From NCBI RefSeq assembly GCF_001194135.2, contig NC_068985.1, positions 88,609,094 to 88,643,597 on the forward strand: DNA of 34,504 nt. Reading direction: 5' to 3'. The translations under genes and the position numbers were made by a program. Below the pieces are notes generated by a model. The model was given only the letters and a program-made list of their open reading frames with translations. It had not been told where the DNA came from and searched no databases. Shown one piece after another: positions 11,255 to 21,345 of the stretch. This stretch comes from Octopus bimaculoides (lineage: Eukaryota). Within the stretch, counting starts at the first letter, position 1. Each line of letters opens with the position of its first letter.

Positions 11255-11610
11255 AGAACTGATACAAATCTCTCTCCAATGAGCTTAGGTAAAATCGCTG
11301 TATCAGAACAACAGAAAGAACGAACCAGCTCACACGAGAAGAGAGTCTATGGATGCTTGGCACAAAAAACACAAACCAGAGAAAATTATTGACAACCCAC
11401 TGTGAAGGACACATCGCGAACAAGAGTTCCTCATGAAGTACCTACAGCATAAAAGGCTGAAAGAGATGACAGACAACATATGAAGGCTGTTCAAGATCGA
11501 GACATGTGCCATCAACCACATTATTGCTAAATGTAGGACAATTTCTTCCTGATATTTACTTCTCATAATGCATAATACGGTGGCTAGAAGAATCTGAAAC
11601 ATGATAGGAA
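11255..11610 (+). mobile_element. Degenerate RLE-type (R4/Dong-like) LINE fragment, zinc-knuckle region
   Basis: Translation ...EQEFLMKYLQHKRLKEMTDNI*RLFKIETCAINHIIAKCRTISS*YLLLIMHNTVARRI resembles CRxCxxxxETIxHIxSxCxxLAxxxYxxRHNxVARxI. It begins right after a (CATA)n tract at 11221-11253. Confidence 0.55.
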
Positions 11611-11852
11611 ACAGAATATATAACTATTCATATATAAAAGCATACACACAGATACACAGACACATACAGTCTCACAAGCAGGGAGACTCAGGAGCACACA
11701 CACACACGCTCGAACACACAATACAAAAAAAAACTCAAACACACATATGTACATGCTTCATATTTGCCACCCGCCACGTGAATGAGCTACTTTTTTTTTA
11801 TTGAACTTCACTACATGTACATAACGCACTATATGTTTTTCTTGCATTTCAG

Positions 11853-11976
11853 CCGTATACTCCCATCAACTTCACCTGAATCCCCTTACTACAACGATAC
11901 TTGTGCACAGCACACACCTATGAAACATGAATATGATCTTACCAACTTACAACTTCGTGGAACATGTTTATTGTAA
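11853..11976 (+). CDS. Candidate terminal exon, Ser/Pro/Tyr-rich cytoplasmic-tail-like peptide
   Basis: Strong acceptor GTTTTTCTTGCATTTCAG|11853; phase-2 frame RILPSTSPESPYYNDTCAQHTPMKHEYDLTNLQLRGTCLL*; non-repetitive composition. Confidence 0.35.
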
Positions 11977-12514
11977 AAAAAAAACAAAAAACTGTGAAAT
12001 CACATAACTAAGTGCAGGAAAATGGACGTTGAAAGCGTACATGAGTGTGGGACCGCTGAATTCTACATACATTTTTATTCATTCTACTTATTTCCTCTTT
12101 TTCCTTTCTGTAGCNNNNNNNNNNNNNNNNNNNNNNNNNNNNNNNNNNNNNNNNNNNNNNNNNNNNNNNNNNNNNNNNNNNNNNNNNNNNNNNNNNNNNN
12201 NNNNNNNNNNNNNNNNNNNNNNNNNNNNNNNNNNNNNNNNNNNNNNNNNNNNNNNNNNNNNNNNNNNNNNNNNNNNNNNNNNNNNNNNNNNNNNNNNNNN
12301 NNNNNNNNNNNNNNNNNNNNNNNNNNNNNNNNNNNNNNNNNNNNNNNNNNNNNNNNNNNNNNNNNNNNNNNNTATATATATATATATATATACATGTGTG
12401 TGTTTGTTTTCCTGGGGCTATAAACGTCAGTAGCACTGTCTTGTATAGGACACCACACTTGGTTGGCAATTTAATGTGTCGATTCTGTATTCCTACTGTT
12501 TATATCTCGCTAAG

Positions 12515-12545
<31 letters not shown>

Positions 12546-12694
12546 GTGTGTGTGTTTGCGTGTGTGTGTATGATGGAAACTCCCATGCAACACCCCGAAT
12601 GATAGTTCAGACTTTTCTCAACAACCTACATAAATGATTAGTATGTAATAGGTAAACTTGTTCTCTGCCAGACGTCAAGTGTCATAATGATTGT

Positions 12695-12795
12695 AGAGCA
12701 ATTTCAGATGAAATGATTTGCTCCAGAACACAATGCGTAACTCGAACCTGGTGTGGAAAACTTGATTTCACGAATGTTAGTGTAACACACTAACC
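12695..12795 (-). mobile_element. Highly degenerate SINE family B head fragment
   Basis: GATGAAATGATTTGCTCCAGAACACAATGCG...CTAACCCC resembles 26009-26104 and 28724-28826. Confidence 0.4.
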
Positions 12796-13168
12796 CCTTG
12801 TCTATTCGCTCTCCCTGATTTTATATTGAATTTTGATTACCTAAAGTAACAAATGTCGCTCAAAATGAAATCTTGAGATAGAATATGGACCCCACACAAA
12901 TACAAGCATGCACATACATACCTAAACTCATACATTTATTTTCCATGTACTAATGTGTGTTGTGTGTGAAACGTGTTTTCTAGATAAGAAAATAATCTTG
13001 CTTTAATTATATGATCCAAATAATATATAACATTTTCAAGTCTTCTTATCTTTTTCAAAATCCTATTAACTTAATCCCTTCACTACTTCTCATTGATGGA
13101 AAATTATAATTTCCATATAAAACAGTACTGACTGCGTAGAAAGACAGATTCATTACAGCAATTAACAG

Positions 13169-13203
<35 letters not shown>

Positions 13204-13965
13204 AAAAAAAAAATACTGCAAATAGATAAAGGAAAACATCGTAGCAGTTTGTAATTATTTTGGGGTAAAAAGGAGAAACCGAATCAAATTTTCCATTAAG
13301 GATTCTCGTCCATTAACTGCAGTTANNNNNNNNNNNNNNNNNNNNNNNNNNNNNNNNNNNNNNNNNNNNNNNNNNNNNNNNNNNNNNNNNNNNNNNNNNN
13401 NNNNNNNNNNNNNNNNNNNNNNNNNNNNNNNNNNNNNNNNNNNNNNNNNNNNNNNNNNNNNNNNNNNNNNNNNNNNNNNNNNNNNNNNNNNNNNNNNNNN
13501 NNNNNNNNNNNNNNNNNNNNNNNNNNNNNNNNNNNNNNNNNNNNNNNNNNNNNNNNNNNNNNNNNNNNNNNNNNNNNNNNNNNNNNNNNNNNNNNNNNNN
13601 NNNNNNNNNNNNNNNNNNNNNNNNNNNNNNNNNNNNNNNNNNNNNNNNNNNNNNNNNNNNNNNNNNNNNNNNNNNNNNNNNNNNNNNNNNNNNNNNNNNN
13701 NNNNNNNNNNNNNNNNNNNNNNNNNNNNNNNNNNNNNNNNNNNNNNNNNNNNNNNNNNNNNNNNNNNNNNNNNNNNNNNNNNNNNNNNNNNNNNNNNNNN
13801 NNNNNNNNNNNNNNNNNNNNNNNNNNNNNNNNNNNNNNNNNNNNNNNNNNNNNNNNNNNNNNNNNNNNNNNNNNNNNNNNNNNNNNNNNNNNNNNNNNNN
13901 NNNNNNNNNNNNNNNNNNNNNNNNNNNNNNNNNNNNNNNNNNNNNNNNNNNNNNNNNNNNNNNNN

Positions 13966-13966
13966 T

Positions 13967-14015
<49 letters not shown>

Positions 14016-14180
14016 GGGAGAGATCATCAGAACATGAACAGTTTACGTCAGAATGGCTCAATCTAATAGGTATGCCATCTGAGTGCTCAAATAGTTGTAC
14101 CACGTAAATTCATGTATATATACATGAATTCATGTATACACACATATATATATATATGGATAGATAGATAGAATGACAGT

Positions 14181-14212
<32 letters not shown>

Positions 14213-14231
14213 CAGACATACAGACAGATAT
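13966..14231. repeat. (TAGA)n microsatellites flanking assembly gaps
   Basis: Directly visible at 13966-14015 and about 14160-14230. Further tracts: (CA)n 14722-14765, (TA)n/(GA)n 18765-18830, (TG)/(TA) 19220-19430. Confidence 0.95.
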
Positions 14232-14717
14232 NNNNNNNNNNNNNNNNNNNNNNNNNNNNNNNNNNNNNNNNNNNNNNNNNNNNNNNNNNNNNNNNNNNNN
14301 NNNNNNNNNNNNNNNNNNNNNNNNNNNNNNNNNNNNNNNNNNNNNNNNNNNNNNNNNNNNNNNNNNNNNNNNNNNNNNNNNNNNNNNNNNNNNNNNNNNN
14401 NNNNNNNNNNNNNNNNNNNNNNNNNNNNNNNNNNNNNNNNNNNNNNNNNNNNNNNNNNNNNNNNNNNNNNNNNNNNNNNNNNNNNNNNNNNNNNNNNNNN
14501 NNNNNNNNNNNNNNNNNNNNNNNNNNNNNNNNNNNNNNNNNNNNNNNNNNNNNNNNNNNNNNNNNNNNNNNNNNNNNNNNNNNNNNNNNNNNNNNNNNNN
14601 NNNNNNNNNNNNNNNNNNNNNNNNNNNNNNNNNACGTATATGTGTGTTTGCGTGTGTACATATATACATATATACTACTCATATTATTATTTAATTGAAC
14701 GCCACGCATACACATAT

Positions 14718-14776
<59 letters not shown>

Positions 14777-14803
14777 CATATATAAGTTTTTTTTCTTTCG
14801 CAG

Positions 14804-14926
14804 TTTGCTCACGTATTTTTGTCATGCAGCAACATCTTGTTGTTTGTGTCTCTCTTATTTTGTATCCTGTTTAATTGTTACTTTATTTCGTAGCATAAGT
14901 ACCCAATATCCTATGGCCAAATATCT
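14804..14926 (+). CDS. Candidate 123-nt symmetric (phase 2-2) exon, hydrophobic and Cys-rich
   Basis: Very strong acceptor TTTTTTTTCTTTCGCAG| and donor CT|GTAAGT; open frame LLTYFCHAATSCCLCLSYFVSCLIVTLFRSISTQYPMAKY. No family recognised. Confidence 0.25.
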
Positions 14927-15914
14927 GTAAGTACATAATATTTCTATAACGAAAGGCAAACACATTTACACTCTATTTTTATGAAATCTTCATAATTGAA
15001 ACGTAGTCGAATATCCTTTTCTATTTCCGTACGATATTCCACAAAACATACGGTACGTTTATTTTATTTGTTATTGTTACCATTTTTGCACAAAAGTACT
15101 ACGTCTTACACAAACTAAGCGAAATCAGCTTAAATACCATTGTCCATTTTCTCAGAGTTATAAGATCCGAACGATATAAATCCAAAGTGATAAAAACTCA
15201 GTAGTACACATCGACAAAAATCACAGTAGAAACGTAATACAACGCCATCATGTCGAAACAACACGCCGAAAATAGTCCTAAGTTGCGCGTTTAGTGAAAC
15301 TAACATTCGTAATAACGCATAGTTCATTCTTTCTCAAACTGAAAATATCCAAACCTCATGTTTTAATCTCATTGCACAAAGAATAATAACTATCATGAGA
15401 GACACATTCGCAACAAACTGAAGGAAATGACTACTTTGTATAGGATCAGAATGAAACACTTGGATAAATGAACCACGTGGATAAATGCTTTTTCTTACCC
15501 CAGCCCATGGGGAACAGCGTCTGTAACAAGCTCGACAGCAACCAGGTTAGCAGGAAAAGCAATAGTCATGGCTACCACAACAGCAACAGCATCAACAATG
15601 ACGAGCACAGTCAAAAGATCACCAAAGCCACCAACCACTATAGATTCAGTACTATCTACATAGAACAAATAAGAAGGTTAATAATATTTCAGATTATTGC
15701 TTCCCATCCGGTGATGTAACCATGGTGAGGACAAGCTAGACCGTCATCTTCGAACCAAAGTATGCTTTTGTTTTAAGTTCATGTTCTGAAATTTTATAAT
15801 ACTTTCAAGGAATTTATTGTGTGGAACTTGCTGACGTAGTCATATATAACGCCTTACAAGATTTTAAGTCGAATAGTCAATTGTGTGTACATGTGTGTGT
15901 GTGTACGTATGTAC

Positions 15915-15945
<31 letters not shown>

Positions 15946-17864
15946 NNNNNNNNNNNNNNNNNNNNNNNNNNNNNNNNNNNNNNNNNNNNNNNNNNNNNNN
16001 NNNNNNNNNNNNNNNNNNNNNNNNNNNNNNNNNNNNNNNNNNNNNNNNNNNNNNNNNNNNNNNNNNNNNNNNNNNNNNNNNNNNNNNNNNNNNATATATA
16101 TATTTGCATGCAGACACAGAGGTATATATGTATATATGCATACATATAGTGCACATTTTCAAAATTTCCTGGTAATATGCACGATTTATATGTTAAGACG
16201 AAAGATTTTATTCGTTTTATGAAGTGTTTATTGTAGAATCTAATTCATATCATGCTATAATTTCATTACAGCAATTCTGAAGAACTAGTGATTATGTTCA
16301 AGTAGACAAATGGTTACTGTTGTTCTCTGTAAATTAAGTATCGGTTCCAGTGATGGGAAATTATCAGTAAATGTTGTCCTGATCAGTGTGATTACGGCCA
16401 CCCAAACATCGTGTTATTAAAATCTAAAATGTCATACTTACTTGTACAAGTGTTGCAGGTGTTCGTTATAATGTAACAGCATTTCCGCCACAATGTAAAG
16501 TTATTTCAAATCAGCTGACTGAATATTTGCAATTTCTCCTCTTCTATGAATAACCATAATGACGCCTATTGTCATAGTGCTGGAATTATTGTCAGAGATG
16601 CATTATTTTTAAGTGTTGTATTATTTCAGAAGTTATGATGTTATTCTCAATTGGTAATTCCGCAATAACTGGTCAATAAAAATGTAATGTCAGGCTATAA
16701 AGAATACTTGATGTTTGCTGTACAACGCTTTAGGAACTAAGAAAATCAATGTACTTGGAAGATGTGGTTGGTTATCAGACATAAAAACTTTTTCTCAATG
16801 TTCTCATTGAAAATAATAATACCATGTTTAAAATGAAAATGATGAAAGGTATCAAAATAAAATCCTTTGAAGTGGTATTTATCTTTCGGTAGAGTTTATC
16901 TCTGCTGCAACAGTGGTTCAAATTTGATCACCACAGAAAATGTGTCTTCTGTTGTATTGGATTATCGGAACAAGAAAGACAAGTTTAATAAGCGCTGATT
17001 TATTCCGTTTTATGGGAGAGAGGTTATTTGGTAAGAGGTTAGTACATGGTTACTTTAATTTCTTAGAAGTTTATTTCCAATTTTGTTTCTTTTTGTTGTC
17101 TGTTTTTACTTTTTTTGTGTGTGTGGGGGGGGGGGGGGGGGGTAAAGCGAATATATCGATATTATATTTCAAAATAATATTAGTGAGGTACAATGCTAAA
17201 TGTGGACAACTAAAGAGTTACACTTTCCGTGGATGAGCGAAGACACAAAAGAAAATCTATTAAAATGATCCATGCGGATAACGAGATTAAGGAATCAAAT
17301 TTGGATTTGTAGGAACAATTTTAAAATAAAACAAAATCGATCAATTTCTTCTAATCGCTTTTCTGATCTTTCAGGGCTCCTAATTTTTGTCAGCTATTAA
17401 AACAAACAAAGGTAGTTTTTGTTTAAATAGAGACAAGCTTGTACGCCACGCATTCCATCGCAAAAAATGTGCCTCCTCGGATGACCTGAAAAATATTTTG
17501 GAAATAAACGGGAAATAGACACTACCACCCGCCACCCTCAATATGGTTGTTGAACATTTTTCGGACAATCATAAACCATGCATAAACCAGCACCAGAAGA
17601 GTAGCCTAATTGTTTTCACGGTGTTTGAAAGAATGAACGCGAAACTAAGGCGTCTGAAGTAAATGATGGCCAGGTTTTCGGGAGGATCTAGAAATAGAAG
17701 AAACAAAATAAATCATATCACAACACAATCTGTTATGGAAATATACCGAACATGAGGGATAGTTATAGGAAGATCTAAATATGGGGTAGAAAAGAAGATC
17801 GATACATAAAACAGAAACACACATACAAGAAGTATGATTACATGAGGAAAATCAGAGAAACAGA

Positions 17865-18752
17865 TAGCAGCAGCGCCGGGTAAATTGTCGCGATTTTATA
17901 TTCTAATTTCACGCATGCGCATTGTTTGATTTTGATTTTGTCGACTACACAGATTCTGTGAAAAAAAACAGCAAAATGACGCAATTCACTCTACCATAAA
18001 TAAGGAAACGACATTCTGTATTGCTTGGAATTCGCGCCTGAAGTTCCAACACGCATATTTCACAATGTTTGAGTGTCAATCTGAGGGTGGGGCAAACTGA
18101 GTACGTGTACCGGGAATGATGTAAATCAAACATCCAGTTAACTTCATAGTGTTTAGAGTGATCACTACTGATCATATATAAAAGCATGCATACAGTTATG
18201 CCTGAATTGATCTTTCCACATGGCGTCAGATTCATCTCAGAAGCCTACATCAAGTGCCTGGAGGAGGTAGTGCTTCTTTAGATCAAGAGGGTGGCTGCTG
18301 GAAGGCTCTATGTTTGGCAACAGGACTCTGCACCACGCCGCACCAGCAGAAGAACCTACTCATGGCTGTCAGACAATTATTGCAACGATATGACTCTTAA
18401 CACCAAGCCACCTAACTCTACAGACTACAAACCCCTGTTTTATTATGTGCAGGACGCAGTTGAACGAGAGGCCTTCAAAATTCCTTGTAGCACCAAACTT
18501 TGAACTGAAGATAAGGATTATGGCACCATTCACCAACTAAAACAAGGAGAACGTCTAGAAGAGTTGCAGGAGATTCCGAAGTCGTCTGGAGGCCGTTGTT
18601 GAAGGCAATGGCGATTTTATTTAATAAATTTATTCAGTCGTATATCAAGATATTTTAATGTAATTTTGGTAAATATATCTGTTGAAACGAGATGTTTATT
18701 TTGTTTTCATTTCTTCATAATTTAGACGACAGTTTTTTAACCGCGCTCCGTA
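17865..18752 (+). mobile_element. Tc1/mariner DD37D (maT-type) transposon, internally deleted, pseudogenised
   Basis: N-terminus at 17976 MTQFTLP*IRKRHSVLLGIRA*SSNTHISQCLSVNLR joined to KHPVNFIVFRVITTD...IFPHG...EAYIKCLEEVVLL*IKRVAAGRLYVWQQDSAP-(37 aa to the degenerate third D position)-...RFRSRLEAVVEGNGDFI*. Imperfect TIRs AGCGCCGGGTAAATTGTCG and CGACAGTTTTTTAACCGCGCTCCGTA. Confidence 0.85.
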
Positions 18753-18753
18753 T

Positions 18754-18799
<46 letters not shown>

Positions 18800-19319
18800 A
18801 CATACAGAGAGAGAGAGAGAAAGAGAGTGAGAGACGCACACATACATATATTACTTGCATATATATTGCTTTGTGTGTGGTGCCATATTTGTTTGTGTGA
18901 ATGTGTGAGGGGACGGTAGATTGAAAGTAGCATATATAACGATATTAGTTAATGGGAATGTAAAATGAGTTAAAGAGAGCTGGAAGCCAAGCAGGGGAGA
19001 AATTTTCACCTTTACAATTTTCTTTTTTCTTTTGTCTCATTCAAAATTGATATTACACTAAGAACTTAGAATGCCATAATTTGAAATGTACTCAATTACG
19101 GAACATCTGTCAATATCTGAAGAATACGTGACACGTGACACACTACTAACTACTTGGCAACATCAAAGTCTAGCTTAGACTTTAAAGTAGTGAGATAGAG
19201 AACCTGACTTCAAATTCGCACATGTGTGTGTATGAGTGTGTGTGCTTGCGTGTGTGTGTGCTTGTGTGTGTGTGTTCATAGTAGCGTATAATGATATGTA
19301 ATATCTACCTATCTATCTA

Positions 19320-19377
<58 letters not shown>

Positions 19378-19739
19378 TATAAGTGTGTGTGTGTGTGTAT
19401 GTGTGTGTGTGTGTGTGTATGTGTGTGTATCACATATTTTTACCTTCTACACATTTAAATGAAGACGACACATCTGTATTCAATTTCGAAGAGTTTTCCC
19501 TGTTACACGCATGCCAATGTACTTTTGCGTATATGAGTTGTTCCTTTTCATAAGTTCACGTTTATAGATTCTGACAAGTTGTAGTAACTTGCTGATGTCC
19601 ATATATATTTCGGTATATGTATTCAAAGAGACACATACGAGCATATAGCGATACGTATATATATATACACATAGGAGTGTGTATGCCGTGTGTGTGCGCG
19701 CGCGCGCATGTCTTCAGTGATGGAGTCAATGTGATGGAC

Positions 19740-19776
<37 letters not shown>

Positions 19777-20987
19777 TTGGTTGGCAAGTAAGTTCCCACC
19801 GTTTTTCTTTTAAATATTGGAAACTATTTTGTTCTTTTTTCATTTTTGTTTTTTATTTTTTTTTATTTTCAGATCATTAAAATGTAATGTCAAGTACAGA
19901 AGAACGAGCATTTTCAACAACATTTTCTTTCTTTTAATCAAAGTTCTAAGGCCGCAAAAGTTGCTCATGACATTTGTGCTGTGTATGGAGAGGGTGCCAT
20001 AGCTGACAGAACCGCTCGTGATTGGTATGCCAAGTTCAAAATGGAAATTTTGACCTCAAAGATGCACCTCGTTCTGGCCATCCAGTTGAGTTCGATGAAG
20101 AACGATTGAACCAACTTTTGCCCGAAATCGTTCGTGAAATGACAAGAGAACTGGCATAGAAAATGGAATGTTCCCACATTGCTATAGAGAAGCATCTTCA
20201 CTCAATGTGAAAGGTTCAGAAGTATGGAGCATGGGCTCTTCATGCTTTAAGTGACAACTAAAATGTACGAGCCACAATCTCCGCTGGTTTGCTTGCTCGT
20301 CCCTGCTCAACTCATGGACACAAGTAACGATTTCTTTACCAAATCGTTACTGGCGACGAACAATGCTGCCTGTTTATCAATATGAAGTAGCGTAAGGAAT
20401 AGCTTAGCCCCGATGAACAAGCGACACCGCAGGTGAAACAAGATCTTCATCCGCGTAAAACGATGTTGCGTGTATGATGTGACTGGGAAGGGATTATCCA
20501 TTACGGAGTGCTTGAAAGGAACCAAACGGTCAACGCAGAACTTTATGTTCAACAGAGGGAACGACTCAACACGGCTATTCAAGAGAAAAGGCCTAATCGG
20601 CAGCATGAAGTTCTTCAGCTGCACGACAACGCCCGCTCTTATATCACCAATATGACCTAGGAAGCCATTCAAACACATGGCTGGGAACTGCTGCCACACC
20701 TTCTGTACTCTCCTGATTTGGCACCAACAGATTTCCACCTCTTTCAATCTCTTTCAAATATTATGCGTGGAGTTTCGTTCAGTACTGATGCAGATTTGAA
20801 AGCTTGGTTGGATCAATTTTTCGAGTGATTTCTACCAACGAGGTATTGAAAATTTTGTTGAACATTGGGAAAAAGTTGTAAACAACAAGGGTGAATAAAT
20901 TAATGATTAATTGGCTGTTATTTTCTTATTAAACGTTTAAAAGGAATTAAATTTTAAAAAACGGCGGGAAGTTAGTTGCCAACCCAA
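19777..20987 (+). mobile_element. Near full-length mariner (DD34D) DNA transposon, transposase pseudogene (about 19882-20909)
   Basis: About 28-30-bp TIRs TTGGTTGGCAAGTAAGTTCCCACCGTTTT and AAAACGGCGGGAAGTTAGTTGCCAACCCAA, TA flanks; motifs GAWALH (WVPH-like), IVTGDE, LHDNAR and YSPDLAPTDFHLF with exactly 34 codons between the 2nd and 3rd D; many stops and frameshifts. Confidence 0.95.
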
Positions 20988-20990
20988 TAT

Positions 20991-21025
<35 letters not shown>

Positions 21026-21141
21026 TGCACACACACATACACACACACACACACACTCACACACGACATATATGTATATATATATATATATATATCAAAC
21101 GTAAATTGAAACAGATCACAAAGGTTATCGTGGTACACGTG

Positions 21142-21182
<41 letters not shown>

Positions 21183-21187
21183 GACGG

Positions 21188-21345
21188 GCGTCTTTCATTT
21201 TGCACGTATCAAAACCACTTGAAACATCATGGTCGGTCTGAGACTGTAACAGAAGATACCTACCCAATGTACCATGCAGTGTAACTAAACCGTGTAACGT
21301 GTATTTGGCTATCAAGCGTCTTAACACCCCGCCACGCCTGCACCT
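21188..21345 (-). mobile_element. SINE family A copy, diverged, with (TA)n tail at 21146-21175
   Basis: CGACGGGCGTCTTTCA...GGTCGGTCTGAGACTGTAACAGAAGATACCTACCCAA...GCCACGCCTGCACC aligns with 29-183. Confidence 0.7.

Noticed and set aside
11962-11976. C-terminal GTCLL as a CaaX prenylation signal
   Set aside because: The Cys is third from the end rather than fourth.
15497-15660. Region open in several frames on both strands: mucin-like on +, and on - a Cys-rich frame with in-frame TGA plus a GPCR TM4-like WLLSSLLQTLFPMGWG
   Set aside because: ACA/GCA-rich decayed triplet composition explains the open frames. The Cys frame also contains TAA, so it is not a selenoprotein, and the GPCR-like frame has stops just upstream.
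6229-16222. Long ORFs containing poly-X (up to 356 aa)
   Set aside because: They only span N-gaps and dinucleotide repeats.
16270-16800. Fragments resembling Methuselah or adhesion GPCRs (ISKCCP; YCHSAGII..ALFLS)
   Set aside because: They lie in different frames with multiple stops and no coherent splice structure.
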